Source: Methanocellales archaeon (GTDB lineage Archaea; Halobacteriota; JAWCLZ01). Taken from it: a DNA stretch of 35,901 bases. The stretch is taken from the NCBI GenBank assembly GCA_038850285.1, contig JAWCMA010000002.1, positions 110,548 through 146,448 of the forward strand. The letters are read 5' to 3'. The notes beneath the pieces are model-generated. The model worked only from the letters and a program-made list of their open reading frames with translations, made no database searches and had not been told where the DNA came from. Of this stretch, positions 1-7,907 are shown piece after piece; position 1 is the first letter of the stretch, and every line of letters begins with the position of its first letter. Both the position numbers and the translations under genes were made by a program.

Positions 1-1
1 A

Positions 2-49
2 GCACGAGAACTCTACGAATTTGTCAGAGAACTTGAAGTCACGAGGTAA
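2..49 (+). CDS. 3' end of a gene truncated by the window edge (...ARELYEFVRELEVTR*)
   Basis: Frame open from base 2 to TAA at 47-49; converges on the small minus-strand ORF ending at 52. Confidence 0.4.
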   Translation, partial: ARELYEFVRELEVTR

Positions 50-51
50 GC

Positions 52-213
52 TTAATTCCGCTTTTTCCTAGGCTTTAATTCCTCTGGAATATCTTTAAAG
101 GCTAAGATCAAATCCTCGGTGCAAGTTCGCTCAAATTCAGCCCCTGGAATGAGTAGCTCGATTTTTTCGGGTTGAATAACTTCCTTCTTCACCCTTGATT
201 TTCTTTGCCTCAT
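52..213 (-). CDS. Small hypothetical protein, 53 aa (MRQRKSRVKKEVIQPEKIELLIPGAEFERTCTEDLILAFKDIPEELKPRKKRN)
   Basis: Manual translation: ATG at 213, TAA at 54-52. Fills the space downstream of mtd; below the ORF-track cutoff. Confidence 0.5.
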   Translation of the reverse strand: MRQRKSRVKKEVIQPEKIELLIPGAEFERTCTEDLILAFKDIPEELKPRKKRN

Positions 214-249
214 TTTCCTTGCTTCATAAAAAAATTAAAAATTAGAAAG

Positions 250-1089
250 TTACGCTGGCTTCTCAAGCAGTGCAACTTTCTTAAGCAGCTTTCCTTCTTT
301 ATCGTGGGGCTTTCGGAACACCGAATCATTTGCCTTCTCAATTTCCCTAGCCTCGCCAGCGAGCTTGGCTGCCGTTCTCATTAAATCGTGAGAAGCTGCT
401 CCTAGAATTATATATTTATTTGGATCCTGCTCTATAAAGCAAGTTCGCACATTTATGCTTCCCACAAGTTCAGCCATGCTTAAAGCTGCAAATGCCTTTG
501 CCTTGGCATAGGGATTCTTGAAGTTAGCTCTCTCAGCGCAGCGCTCTGGATTGGCAATTATAGTTGGGAGCGTTAATGCTTGACCTGCCTTGGCTTGTTC
601 AATCAACTTATCAAGTTCTTCTTGAACGAGTCTGAATGCGCCGCATGCTGCGAGGACTTTAATTGCATCTGCATTGAAGCTGGCCATTTCAATTGGATCC
701 AGAAATTCTCTTCTAGCAGCGATCAAGGGATCCACTGGGAGCAATATATATCCAAATCCCTCCGCCTTAAGCGCTGCCCTGAAGTCCTTGGATTTTTGAT
801 CCCCGCCAGCTGGACCGTCTGAAATTATCAAAGTTGGCTTGCCCTTGAAAAATGCCCTTGCTGCCGTGGGCCCAGCTGCACTGCAATTTGGGCTGATTAT
901 CATATAGAAGTTGCAGTTATATGCGAGCAGTTTTTCCGCTTCAGGAGCTTCATCCTTGCCCATCTTAGCCCCTGTTCCAACGACCCTGCAAGCAATATCC
1001 CCTCGATCCGCTCTTTCATCGAGCAATAGCTCCACCATCGCGCTTGTGGCGATGTTTCCCATTTTCATAACTCCAATTTTTACAACCAT
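250..1089 (-). CDS. mtd: F420-dependent methylene-H4MPT dehydrogenase
   Basis: N-terminus VVKIGVMKMGNI..LLDERADR..VVGTGAKM, ISPN and ARREFLDPIEMASFNAD motifs; 279 aa. Confidence 0.95.
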   Translation of the reverse strand: MVVKIGVMKMGNIATSAMVELLLDERADRGDIACRVVGTGAKMGKDEAPEAEKLLAYNCNFYMIISPNCSAAGPTAARAFFKGKPTLIISDGPAGGDQKSKDFRAALKAEGFGYILLPVDPLIAARREFLDPIEMASFNADAIKVLAACGAFRLVQEELDKLIEQAKAGQALTLPTIIANPERCAERANFKNPYAKAKAFAALSMAELVGSINVRTCFIEQDPNKYIILGAASHDLMRTAAKLAGEAREIEKANDSVFRKPHDKEGKLLKKVALLEKPA

Positions 1090-1202
1090 ATTTGAGTCTC
1101 CTTTGCAAGTTTCCCATTAACTCTCGTGAATATAAATTTTGTTAAATTATGCGATCATTAAAAATCTTTTTAAACCCAAGCTTGGATAACTAGAGTTAAT
1201 CA

Positions 1203-2117
1203 ATGAAAAGCGATATAAAGCTCAATGTAGCATTGCTATCAATTACTTCAAATATCTCATTAATAATTCTCAAGCTTATAACTGGAGTGCTTATTTCCTC
1301 CATAAGTGTTATTTCCGAAGGAATTCACTCAGGCTTGGATTTGATTGCAGCAATCATAACCTATGTTTCGCTAAAGAAATCCTCTCAGCCTCCTGATGAA
1401 ACCCATAGATTTGGACATGGCAAGGTTGAGGATATATCCGGCGGTGTAGAAGCAATTTTAATACTCCTCGCAGCTTTCTTCATCATCTACATCTCAATCA
1501 ACAAGCTATTAACAGGCACTGAAATTGAAATGACTGCTCCAGGGATAGCTATCATGGCCATATCTGCAGCTGTAAACTTCTTGGTTTCGAAGAAACTGCT
1601 TAAAGTAGCAAAGGAAACCGATTCCATCGCTCTAGAAGCAGATGGCTGGCATCTGCGCACTGATGTTTATACCTCCACGGGAGTTTTAATAGGCCTTCTT
1701 CTAATTACAATCACAGGTTGGAAAATTCTAGATCCAATTTTTGCAATATTCGTGGCGCTTTTCATAATTAAAGCTGGCTTTGAATTAACCAAGCGCTCAA
1801 TCTATGACTTAACTGATTACAGACTCCCAGATGAAGATGAATTAAAGATTAAATCCATACTGGGGGAACATACTTCTCAATTTGTAGAATTTCACAAGCT
1901 TCGAACTAGAAAGTCCGGCTCGGATAAGTTCGTGGATCTCCACTTAGTGGTCTCAAAAAACTTAACTCTAGATGAAGCTCACGAGTTATGCTATCATTTA
2001 GAGGATGACCTAAAAAAGGCCTTTCCCACCATGAATGTGACGATCCACGTGGAGCCTTGCGGGAGCAATTGCATTTCCTGCCGAATTGTATGCAGAGCAA
2101 AGGGGCCTATCACTTGA
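1203..2117 (+). CDS. Cation diffusion facilitator (FieF-like) metal transporter
   Basis: HSGLD, PPDETHRFGHGKVE, HLRTD and HVEP motifs; Cys-rich tail. Confidence 0.92.
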   Translation: MKSDIKLNVALLSITSNISLIILKLITGVLISSISVISEGIHSGLDLIAAIITYVSLKKSSQPPDETHRFGHGKVEDISGGVEAILILLAAFFIIYISINKLLTGTEIEMTAPGIAIMAISAAVNFLVSKKLLKVAKETDSIALEADGWHLRTDVYTSTGVLIGLLLITITGWKILDPIFAIFVALFIIKAGFELTKRSIYDLTDYRLPDEDELKIKSILGEHTSQFVEFHKLRTRKSGSDKFVDLHLVVSKNLTLDEAHELCYHLEDDLKKAFPTMNVTIHVEPCGSNCISCRIVCRAKGPIT

Positions 2118-2601
2118 ATTTACTATTGAACATTTCCTCCCCGTAAAGCGGGTATACCTTGATTAAAAAATCGCGGATCAGCTGCTTACCATCAACCGCA
2201 GTGTTAAAACCACACCAGATATACTTCATAGAAGCGCCAAAGTAGAAAAAGCGCTTCCCTAGTGCTTCAAGGGAATCCGCGATTCTAAATATTGCATTTT
2301 CCTCCACGTGCACCACAACATCAAAGTGGTTTGCAATCGCTAGAGCGCGAAGTGCATCCTCTCCAAATTGCATGCAGTCAACATAATCAGCGAGATCCAA
2401 TTTATGGAAAATTCCAATCCTTTCAGACTCGATTTTATCGATTACCTCAAGCTTTATATCGCAATCTCTCATGAAGTCCACGATCTTATCGCTTGTGAAA
2501 AGATTTCCCTCCTTATCTTCATAGAACACCACAAGGCTGGCTTGAGCTAAAACATCCGCTCGCTTTCTCTGCTCTTGATCCATTGCAAATTTTATAATCA
2601 T
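2110..2601 (-). CDS. Hypothetical protein (start possibly 2583)
   Basis: 163-aa ORF filling the gap between the CDF gene and nadE; no motif recognised. Confidence 0.7.
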   Translation of the reverse strand: MIIKFAMDQEQRKRADVLAQASLVVFYEDKEGNLFTSDKIVDFMRDCDIKLEVIDKIESERIGIFHKLDLADYVDCMQFGEDALRALAIANHFDVVVHVEENAIFRIADSLEALGKRFFYFGASMKYIWCGFNTAVDGKQLIRDFLIKVYPLYGEEMFNSKFK

Positions 2602-2663
2602 TGCCCTACTCTTTGCTTTAATAAGTGAAAAACTTAATGCTTTACTGCTGCATATCTAGCGCT

Positions 2664-3452
2664 ATGCTTAAACTTCAAGATCTAGCCATAGACCTGGAGA
2701 GCACTAAAAAAACAGTTGAGGGTTTTATAAAAAGCGAGGTTAAAACAGCGAGAGCAAAGGGAGCTGTTGTTGGAATGAGTGGGGGATTAGATTCCTCAAC
2801 TGTGGCAAAGCTATGCGTTAGCGCTCTTGGTCCTAGCAATGTCCTGGGGCTAATTTTGCCATTCATCGAAGGAGATATAGATAGTGCTGATGCAGTTAAC
2901 TATGCGAGGGCGCTTGGAATCGCATATGAGGTGATCAATATCAAGCATACACTAAGTGCCCTTCAGCAGAGCTGCAAGCACTTCAAGCGCAGGAAGAGGC
3001 TTCCTAAGGCAAATCTAATCCCGAGGATTCGCATGGCAGTGCTATATTATCACGCTAATCTATTGAACTACTTGGTGATTGGAACAGGGAATAAAAGCGA
3101 GATATCAGCTGGCTATTTCACTAAATATGGCGATGGCGCGGTTGATATTTTACCTATTGGAGATTTATACAAAACCCAAGTTCGAATGCTTGCAGAGTAT
3201 ATTGGAATTCCCGGGCATATTTTGAAAAAAGTTCCAAGCCCCGGGCTCTGGAAAGGACAGACTGATGAAGGCGAGCTGGGGATCACTTATCCAGAGCTGG
3301 ATTTAATTCTCTTTGCTGTAGAGAAAGGATTATCTAAAGAGGAGATTCATAGAGAGACACAGCTCTCCAAGCATAAAATAGAATTGGTTATGAGGAGATT
3401 CACAGAAAGCAAGCATAAAAGGAAGATGCCTCCTGTGGCAAAGATTAGCTAA
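2664..3452 (+). CDS. nadE: NH3-dependent NAD+ synthetase
   Basis: SGGLDS, GTGNKSE, GYFTKYGDG, DLYKTQV and GQTDEGELG motifs; ATG 2664 preferred over GTG 2625. Confidence 0.95.
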   Translation: MLKLQDLAIDLESTKKTVEGFIKSEVKTARAKGAVVGMSGGLDSSTVAKLCVSALGPSNVLGLILPFIEGDIDSADAVNYARALGIAYEVINIKHTLSALQQSCKHFKRRKRLPKANLIPRIRMAVLYYHANLLNYLVIGTGNKSEISAGYFTKYGDGAVDILPIGDLYKTQVRMLAEYIGIPGHILKKVPSPGLWKGQTDEGELGITYPELDLILFAVEKGLSKEEIHRETQLSKHKIELVMRRFTESKHKRKMPPVAKIS

Positions 3453-3476
3453 AGTCAAAAAGTCAAAAAGTCAAAA
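3451..3476. repeat. Tandem 8-mer AAAGTCAA x3 filling the convergent nadE/signal peptidase gap
   Basis: Seen directly; gives U-tracts on the minus strand that could act as an archaeal terminator. Confidence 0.8.
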
Positions 3477-3478
3477 GA

Positions 3479-3997
3479 TTATCTACCCATCAACCACTGC
3501 TTTATCCAGTCGAAGATAAGAGTAACATAGCCCACATAGGGTACCTTTACCTTCGCTACTCCAATGACCCACTCTGGCTTAACTGGATATCGCACATTTG
3601 GAAGCCCACCTTGGTCGAAATATTTATTATTATCCCCCTTAGTTATGTAGCCAGCGAAGGGGGCGATTTTACCATTTGGCATGAGATCGCCGGCGTTTAC
3701 CCAGTACATTGCTCTATGGATAATTGGAGTCATCCTTGAATCACCATCAGGTTTGTAGAGAATAACATCTCCATAGTCTCCGAACATCTTATAATTAACT
3801 TCCCTCCCCTCTCTATATGTTATGATCTTAGCATAAGCTGGACTTTGAATGAATAAAACATCACCTATATTTATATTCGGCACCATACTTGGCGACTCAG
3901 GCACCACCATTGGAGGCCAAGTTCCAGATAAACTATAGAGCGCTACAGCTGTTATGGAAACAAATAATAACGCGGATAAAAGATCTCGAACCAACAC
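3479..3997 (-). CDS. Signal peptidase I (S26, archaeal Sec11 type); true start may be ATT at 4063
   Basis: SPSMVP (catalytic Ser), GDV, IIHR and YITKGDNN motifs; N-terminal TM segment. Confidence 0.9.
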   Translation of the reverse strand: MLVRDLLSALLFVSITAVALYSLSGTWPPMVVPESPSMVPNINIGDVLFIQSPAYAKIITYREGREVNYKMFGDYGDVILYKPDGDSRMTPIIHRAMYWVNAGDLMPNGKIAPFAGYITKGDNNKYFDQGGLPNVRYPVKPEWVIGVAKVKVPYVGYVTLIFDWIKQWLMGR

Positions 3998-4177
3998 AAC
4001 AAGGGGATCCTCGCTTTTAAGGAATCTTTGAACTTGTAGTTTGAGGAATTCAATGAATCTAATGCTATTTCCTCCATTTAATTTAGTTAATTTTGAGATG
4101 CCTTATTGAAAAATCTTATGCTCATCGTATTGAAATATGTTTAAATAGTTTTTCTGTTAAAATATGATTGAGTTAAA

Positions 4178-4432
4178 ATGAAAGTGCAGCGCATTGAACT
4201 CAAAAAGGGCAAATTCGAGGTCTTCAAGGTAGGGAATATGAGATTCGAGAGGATATTCGAATGCGGCGAGTCCAAGGGAGAGCGATGGGTGGGCTTCTAT
4301 GAGGATAAAGATCGCGATATTCCTGTATTCGCACGCTCTAAAGAGGGCTTTACCATTGATGAAATTCGTCAAACATTGAAGGCAGCTCAGAAGTTTCTAG
4401 AGGTAGTGAAAAAGCGTTCAAAGTCAGAGTAA
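4178..4432 (+). CDS. Hypothetical protein, 84 aa
   Basis: ATG start, upstream TTTAAATA TATA-like box, stop abuts the convergent gene. Confidence 0.65.
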   Translation: MKVQRIELKKGKFEVFKVGNMRFERIFECGESKGERWVGFYEDKDRDIPVFARSKEGFTIDEIRQTLKAAQKFLEVVKKRSKSE

Positions 4433-4433
4433 T

Positions 4434-4796
4434 TCAAGCACTTGCCTGCTGAGATGAGAGATTTTCCACCAACTGCATTATTGCTTGATGCGCTCTCCTC
4501 CCCTTCTCAGTCAAAGTATACTGCTTGAAAATTCCCTTCTGAACCAGTCCCTCGCTCTCAAGTTCACTTAAGTGGTCGATTATATTTGATCTCGATCTAC
4601 CGAGTTCCTCGGGGATATCTCTTTCGGTGAGGTCTTTCTGAAGCGAGCAGTAAATCATTGTCGAGGTTAATCCCTGCTCCTCGTGAAAAAGTAAATTTAT
4701 AATATAGAGACGGGCAAAGCTCTTTGTGATATCCCTTATACCTGATGAAGTTAGAATTTGATATATCTTATGAACGTCATCGGTGATTTTTTCCAT
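4434..4796 (-). CDS. Winged helix-turn-helix transcriptional regulator (ArsR/PadR-like)
   Basis: SRSNIIDHLSELESEGLV..YTLTEKGR wHTH signature. Confidence 0.75.
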   Translation of the reverse strand: MEKITDDVHKIYQILTSSGIRDITKSFARLYIINLLFHEEQGLTSTMIYCSLQKDLTERDIPEELGRSRSNIIDHLSELESEGLVQKGIFKQYTLTEKGRRAHQAIMQLVENLSSQQASA

Positions 4797-4800
4797 ATTA

Positions 4801-4857
4801 CTAACAAATGATATGGTTAATAGAATATTTATTTTTTGTTTTTAACCTATTTGTTAG
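4801..4857. promoter_or_regulatory. Interrupted inverted repeat in a divergent promoter (CTAACAAAT..GGTTAA / TTAACC..ATTTGTTAG)
   Basis: Arms 4801-4809/4849-4857 and 4815-4820/4842-4847; the function is inferred. Confidence 0.45.
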
Positions 4858-4927
4858 AAAATTAAAGAAATTGCTTAAGGTTTAAAATCAGAGTATAAAA
4901 CATAAATAAAAAGAAGCACATTGGGTA

Positions 4928-5152
4928 ATGGAGAGAGAATTGCCTGACATAACTGCTGCCATTGAAATAATCGTGCTACTCATAGGAGGAATGATACTCT
5001 TCTCAGTTATAGGCTTACTTTTGAAGTTCTATGAGGGCATGTCCATTCAGAGGAGAATCGAACAATTTCACCGATATAGAGATTATATAATTGATAGAGT
5101 AACCGGTGCTCTAATAATAGTGGGCCGCCCGGTTAAGAGGAAGAAAAAATAA
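4928..5152 (+). CDS. Small membrane protein, 74 aa
   Basis: One N-terminal hydrophobic helix, basic tail, upstream TATAAAA. Confidence 0.6.
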   Translation: MERELPDITAAIEIIVLLIGGMILFSVIGLLLKFYEGMSIQRRIEQFHRYRDYIIDRVTGALIIVGRPVKRKKK

Positions 5153-5155
5153 TAA

Positions 5156-5374
5156 CTATCGCCTCGTCGCAGCTTCCTTATCCTTATAGCGCTTGATATT
5201 CCAAGCAGCAAGCACCATCCAACCTAAACCTAGAATGATCACTAGAATTACTCCAAGGGCATAATCGGGATAGATCTTCTTCACCTGGGTCATAGCTATT
5301 GCTATTATCGTGAAAGCAATGCTTGCAGCAAGATTTATCTGAAGCTTCGTATAGGGATCAGTTGCCATTTCCAT
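5156..5374 (-). CDS. Small two-TM membrane protein, 72 aa
   Basis: Two hydrophobic helices, basic tail, GAGG before the ATG and an upstream TATA-like run. Confidence 0.65.
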   Translation of the reverse strand: MEMATDPYTKLQINLAASIAFTIIAIAMTQVKKIYPDYALGVILVIILGLGWMVLAAWNIKRYKDKEAATRR

Positions 5375-5464
5375 TCCTCTCGCAATACACTTTTCTCTCT
5401 CTATAATATATATCTAATTGCCTTATAATTTAATGTCCTTGAAAAATAAAAGGGCTTCTTAGGT

Positions 5465-5488
5465 CCTAGATACTTAGATACCTAGATA
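5465..5488. repeat. Tandem 8-mer CYTAGATA x3 just upstream of the tRNA TATA box
   Basis: CCTAGATA CTTAGATA CCTAGATA seen directly. Confidence 0.75.
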
Positions 5489-5490
5489 GA

Positions 5491-5498
5491 TATAAAAG
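5491..5498 (+). promoter_or_regulatory. TATA box of the tRNA gene
   Basis: TATAAAAG lies 22-29 nt upstream of the tRNA 5' end. Confidence 0.65.
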
Positions 5499-5519
5499 TG
5501 TGGAAGGAAATAAAAAATT

Positions 5520-5592
5520 GGGCTTGTGGGGTAGCGGACTATCCTAGCGGGCTTCGGACCCGCTGACCTGGGTTCAAATCCCAGCAGGCCCG
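5520..5592 (+). tRNA. tRNA-Arg (anticodon TCG), no intron, CCA not encoded
   Basis: Acceptor GGGCTTG/CAGGCCC; anticodon arm GCGGG-CTTCGGA-CCCGC; T arm CTGGG-TTCAAAT-CCCAG; A20 and G73 Arg identity elements. Confidence 0.95.
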
Positions 5593-5807
5593 TGCAGATA
5601 TTTTATAGATCGACTTTCAAAACTCACGAAACCTCGGAGAGGTCCTAAAATAGGAAACAATTTTGCGCGATCTGATGTTGAAATATCGCGATAGTTCTAT
5701 TAAATGATTGATAATAGATCAATTATCGATCAATGACTTTTTTTGACATCAATAACCAAGCAAAACTCAAAACTATTAAAATTGTTCACATACACTCTAG
5801 AGTTGCT

Positions 5808-6653
5808 TTACCTATGCCACTGGCATTGTTGATTGATGCATTTGCATTCCAATCCATATGGCTTTGCATCATAGCAGTCTCTCCATTCACAGGTTGTAAT
5901 TACTGGCTTTTCTTGTTTAGACTGGCAGACTTGTCCAGAGCAGCCGCTTTTTATGCAATCTAAATCAGATGAACAATTTCCATAAGTCGACCAACCGCAG
6001 AAATTTGAAAGAGGCTTGCATTCTCCTCGGTAAAATTCCCATTCCTCGCATTCACTGCCATCTGGGAAAACACATACCCCATATTCATTTCCTTCTTTAT
6101 CCTTTCTAATCTCTAATTTTCCACCTTGCTCTAGACAATAAATTGAAGCTGGATTTGGCAGCTCAGGTTCTTCTTCGATTCCAATAATTACTTCCTTTTC
6201 CCACAAAAGTTCCCCTGCAGCTCTTTCAAATTCAATTCCCCAAATTTGAATCCAATATTTCCCTTTCTCCAGTGGCCCAATTTTCATATTAACTTGATAA
6301 TCGCAGATACACCTGCACATTTCACCTTCATTTTTTTCTTTTATTTTAATCAAAGTATAATTCTGATAAGTTTCTAGGCTATCTAAGTAAATCTTTATCC
6401 TAGCACAGCAAACGTAATTCAGATAATGAGTCAAATTAATAAAACTATTATCAATCCTTACCTCTACCTTTTCTTCTAAACCTCTAGTCTTTGTGTACTC
6501 TCTTTCCTCCTTTTCCCCGCAGCCACTAATGCTGTAATTAAGTTTTATTTCAACATTAAATGTTAGCCTCTCAAAATACATAAACAAACCAATTGCTGCA
6601 ATTAAAACACATATGGATAAAATTCCGTAGAGTAATTTACTTTTACTTTTCAT
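5808..6653 (-). CDS. Membrane-anchored Cys-rich protein with a DUF333-like domain and a C-terminal eight-cysteine-cluster domain
   Basis: N-terminal signal/anchor; NPASIYCLEQGG..GVCVFPDGSECEEW (DUF333-like); CGWSTYGNC..DC..GCSGQVC..TTCEWRDC..CKC....C. Confidence 0.8.
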   Translation of the reverse strand: MKSKSKLLYGILSICVLIAAIGLFMYFERLTFNVEIKLNYSISGCGEKEEREYTKTRGLEEKVEVRIDNSFINLTHYLNYVCCARIKIYLDSLETYQNYTLIKIKEKNEGEMCRCICDYQVNMKIGPLEKGKYWIQIWGIEFERAAGELLWEKEVIIGIEEEPELPNPASIYCLEQGGKLEIRKDKEGNEYGVCVFPDGSECEEWEFYRGECKPLSNFCGWSTYGNCSSDLDCIKSGCSGQVCQSKQEKPVITTCEWRDCYDAKPYGLECKCINQQCQWHR

Positions 6654-6824
6654 TTCCTCATTTAAATTAGAATTAGTTTTAGTTTTTATTTTTATTTATT
6701 TAATCATCTTATATCATTTATTTTATCCACTATTCACCTGCAGATAGCCAGGTTATCTCTTAAGCTATGCGCTATGCGAAAGCTTATATATACTTTTATA
6801 TATTACCTGAGCTGAGGTGAGAAG

Positions 6825-7202
6825 TTGAAGTGGCAGGCTCAATCCAAGCGAAAGCTCACGGGAGGTAGAGTTCCGCAATTACGGAGAAAGCGCAAGTTTG
6901 AAATGGGGAGAGTAGCTACAGAGCCAAGCATCGGGCAGAGGAAGTGCAAGAAGATTTCTGGCCTCGGAACCACTGAGAAGCTGCGCTTGCTTAAATGCGA
7001 TGTGGCAAATGTAACCGATCCTAAGAGCGGTGTTACTAAGAAGGTGAAGATTGAAACCGTGGTTGAGAACTCAGCGAATCTACATTATGTTAGAAGAAAT
7101 ATCTTGACCAAGGGTGCGATAATCAAGACCGAGCTGGGCAAAGCAAGGATCACCAATCGCCCGGCTCAGGATGGCGTGGTGAACGCGATTTTGATGGAAT
7201 AA
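6825..7202 (+). CDS. rps8e: 30S ribosomal protein S8e
   Basis: WQAQSKRKLTGG, RKRKFEMGR, RRNILTKGAII and RPAQDGVVNA motifs; GAGGTGA SD before the TTG start. Confidence 0.97.
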   Translation: MKWQAQSKRKLTGGRVPQLRRKRKFEMGRVATEPSIGQRKCKKISGLGTTEKLRLLKCDVANVTDPKSGVTKKVKIETVVENSANLHYVRRNILTKGAIIKTELGKARITNRPAQDGVVNAILME

Positions 7203-7898
7203 CTAAGCTATTTTTAAATTGATTTTTGAAATGCCGCAGTATAGTTTAGTTCCATTGAAAGTAACTATAGCTATTTTTCCCTCGCTATAGCTAACATTCA
7301 AGCCCAGAGTTTCATTGAAATACCTTCCCCATTCTCTATAGTAATTGCTTTTTATTATCACAGTGGTGTTATTAGTATATAGGGGAGAGGTGAATTCACT
7401 GGCTTTTGCTATTATTCTAATCACTCCCTCTCCACCTTTTGAATCTGAGCCAGCTAGCTGTATTATCGGTATATATGAGACATTGCCCTGTGAAACTCTA
7501 GGTGAGGCTAGCAAGAGGGTGCTTTCTTCATGTAGATATTTCACGAAGACAGCGCTGTTTTCATAGGCTATCACACGATCGGCTAGCTCATACTCCACCG
7601 AACCTATGGGATATTGAATTCCGGCTATTTCTATCCAGCTTTCATTCGCTAATGAAATGCATCCATCTTTTATTTTTATCTCGCTTGTCCGCGATGGAGC
7701 TTGTGCAAATGCTACTTCATCGATATTTGCCTTGAGCACTGAAAAGCTCTGCTCCATTTCACTTAGATGGGTTGCCTTCTCAGCTGCATCGAGCACAGGC
7801 AAGCCCTGGGTGTAGAAAAGTGCTCCTGCAATGAGCACTGTGGAGAGTATTAATATATAGCCAATTGCACTTGTAAGCGCGTCTTCTATTTTCAACAT
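7203..7898 (-). CDS. Pilin-like protein with a class III signal peptide
   Basis: KIEDA|LTSAIGYILIL then hydrophobic helix; EQSFSVL and YENSAV segments typical of euryarchaeal pilin-like clusters. Confidence 0.75.
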   Translation of the reverse strand: MLKIEDALTSAIGYILILSTVLIAGALFYTQGLPVLDAAEKATHLSEMEQSFSVLKANIDEVAFAQAPSRTSEIKIKDGCISLANESWIEIAGIQYPIGSVEYELADRVIAYENSAVFVKYLHEESTLLLASPRVSQGNVSYIPIIQLAGSDSKGGEGVIRIIAKASEFTSPLYTNNTTVIIKSNYYREWGRYFNETLGLNVSYSEGKIAIVTFNGTKLYCGISKINLKIA

Positions 7899-7907
7899 AT
7901 TCCTGCC

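Noticed and set aside
1116-1200. 9-bp inverted repeat ATTAACTCT/AGAGTTAAT and CCAAGCTTGG in the mtd/CDF promoter
   Set aside because: Short and widely spaced in AT-rich DNA; cannot be told from chance.
5520-5592. Alternative call as tRNA-Pro (CGG in the loop)
   Set aside because: The 7-nt loop CT-TCG-GA places TCG at positions 34-36; A20 and G73 fit Arg.
5461-5647. AGGTCCTA direct repeat flanking the tRNA
   Set aside because: A single 8-mer match with no att-like geometry.
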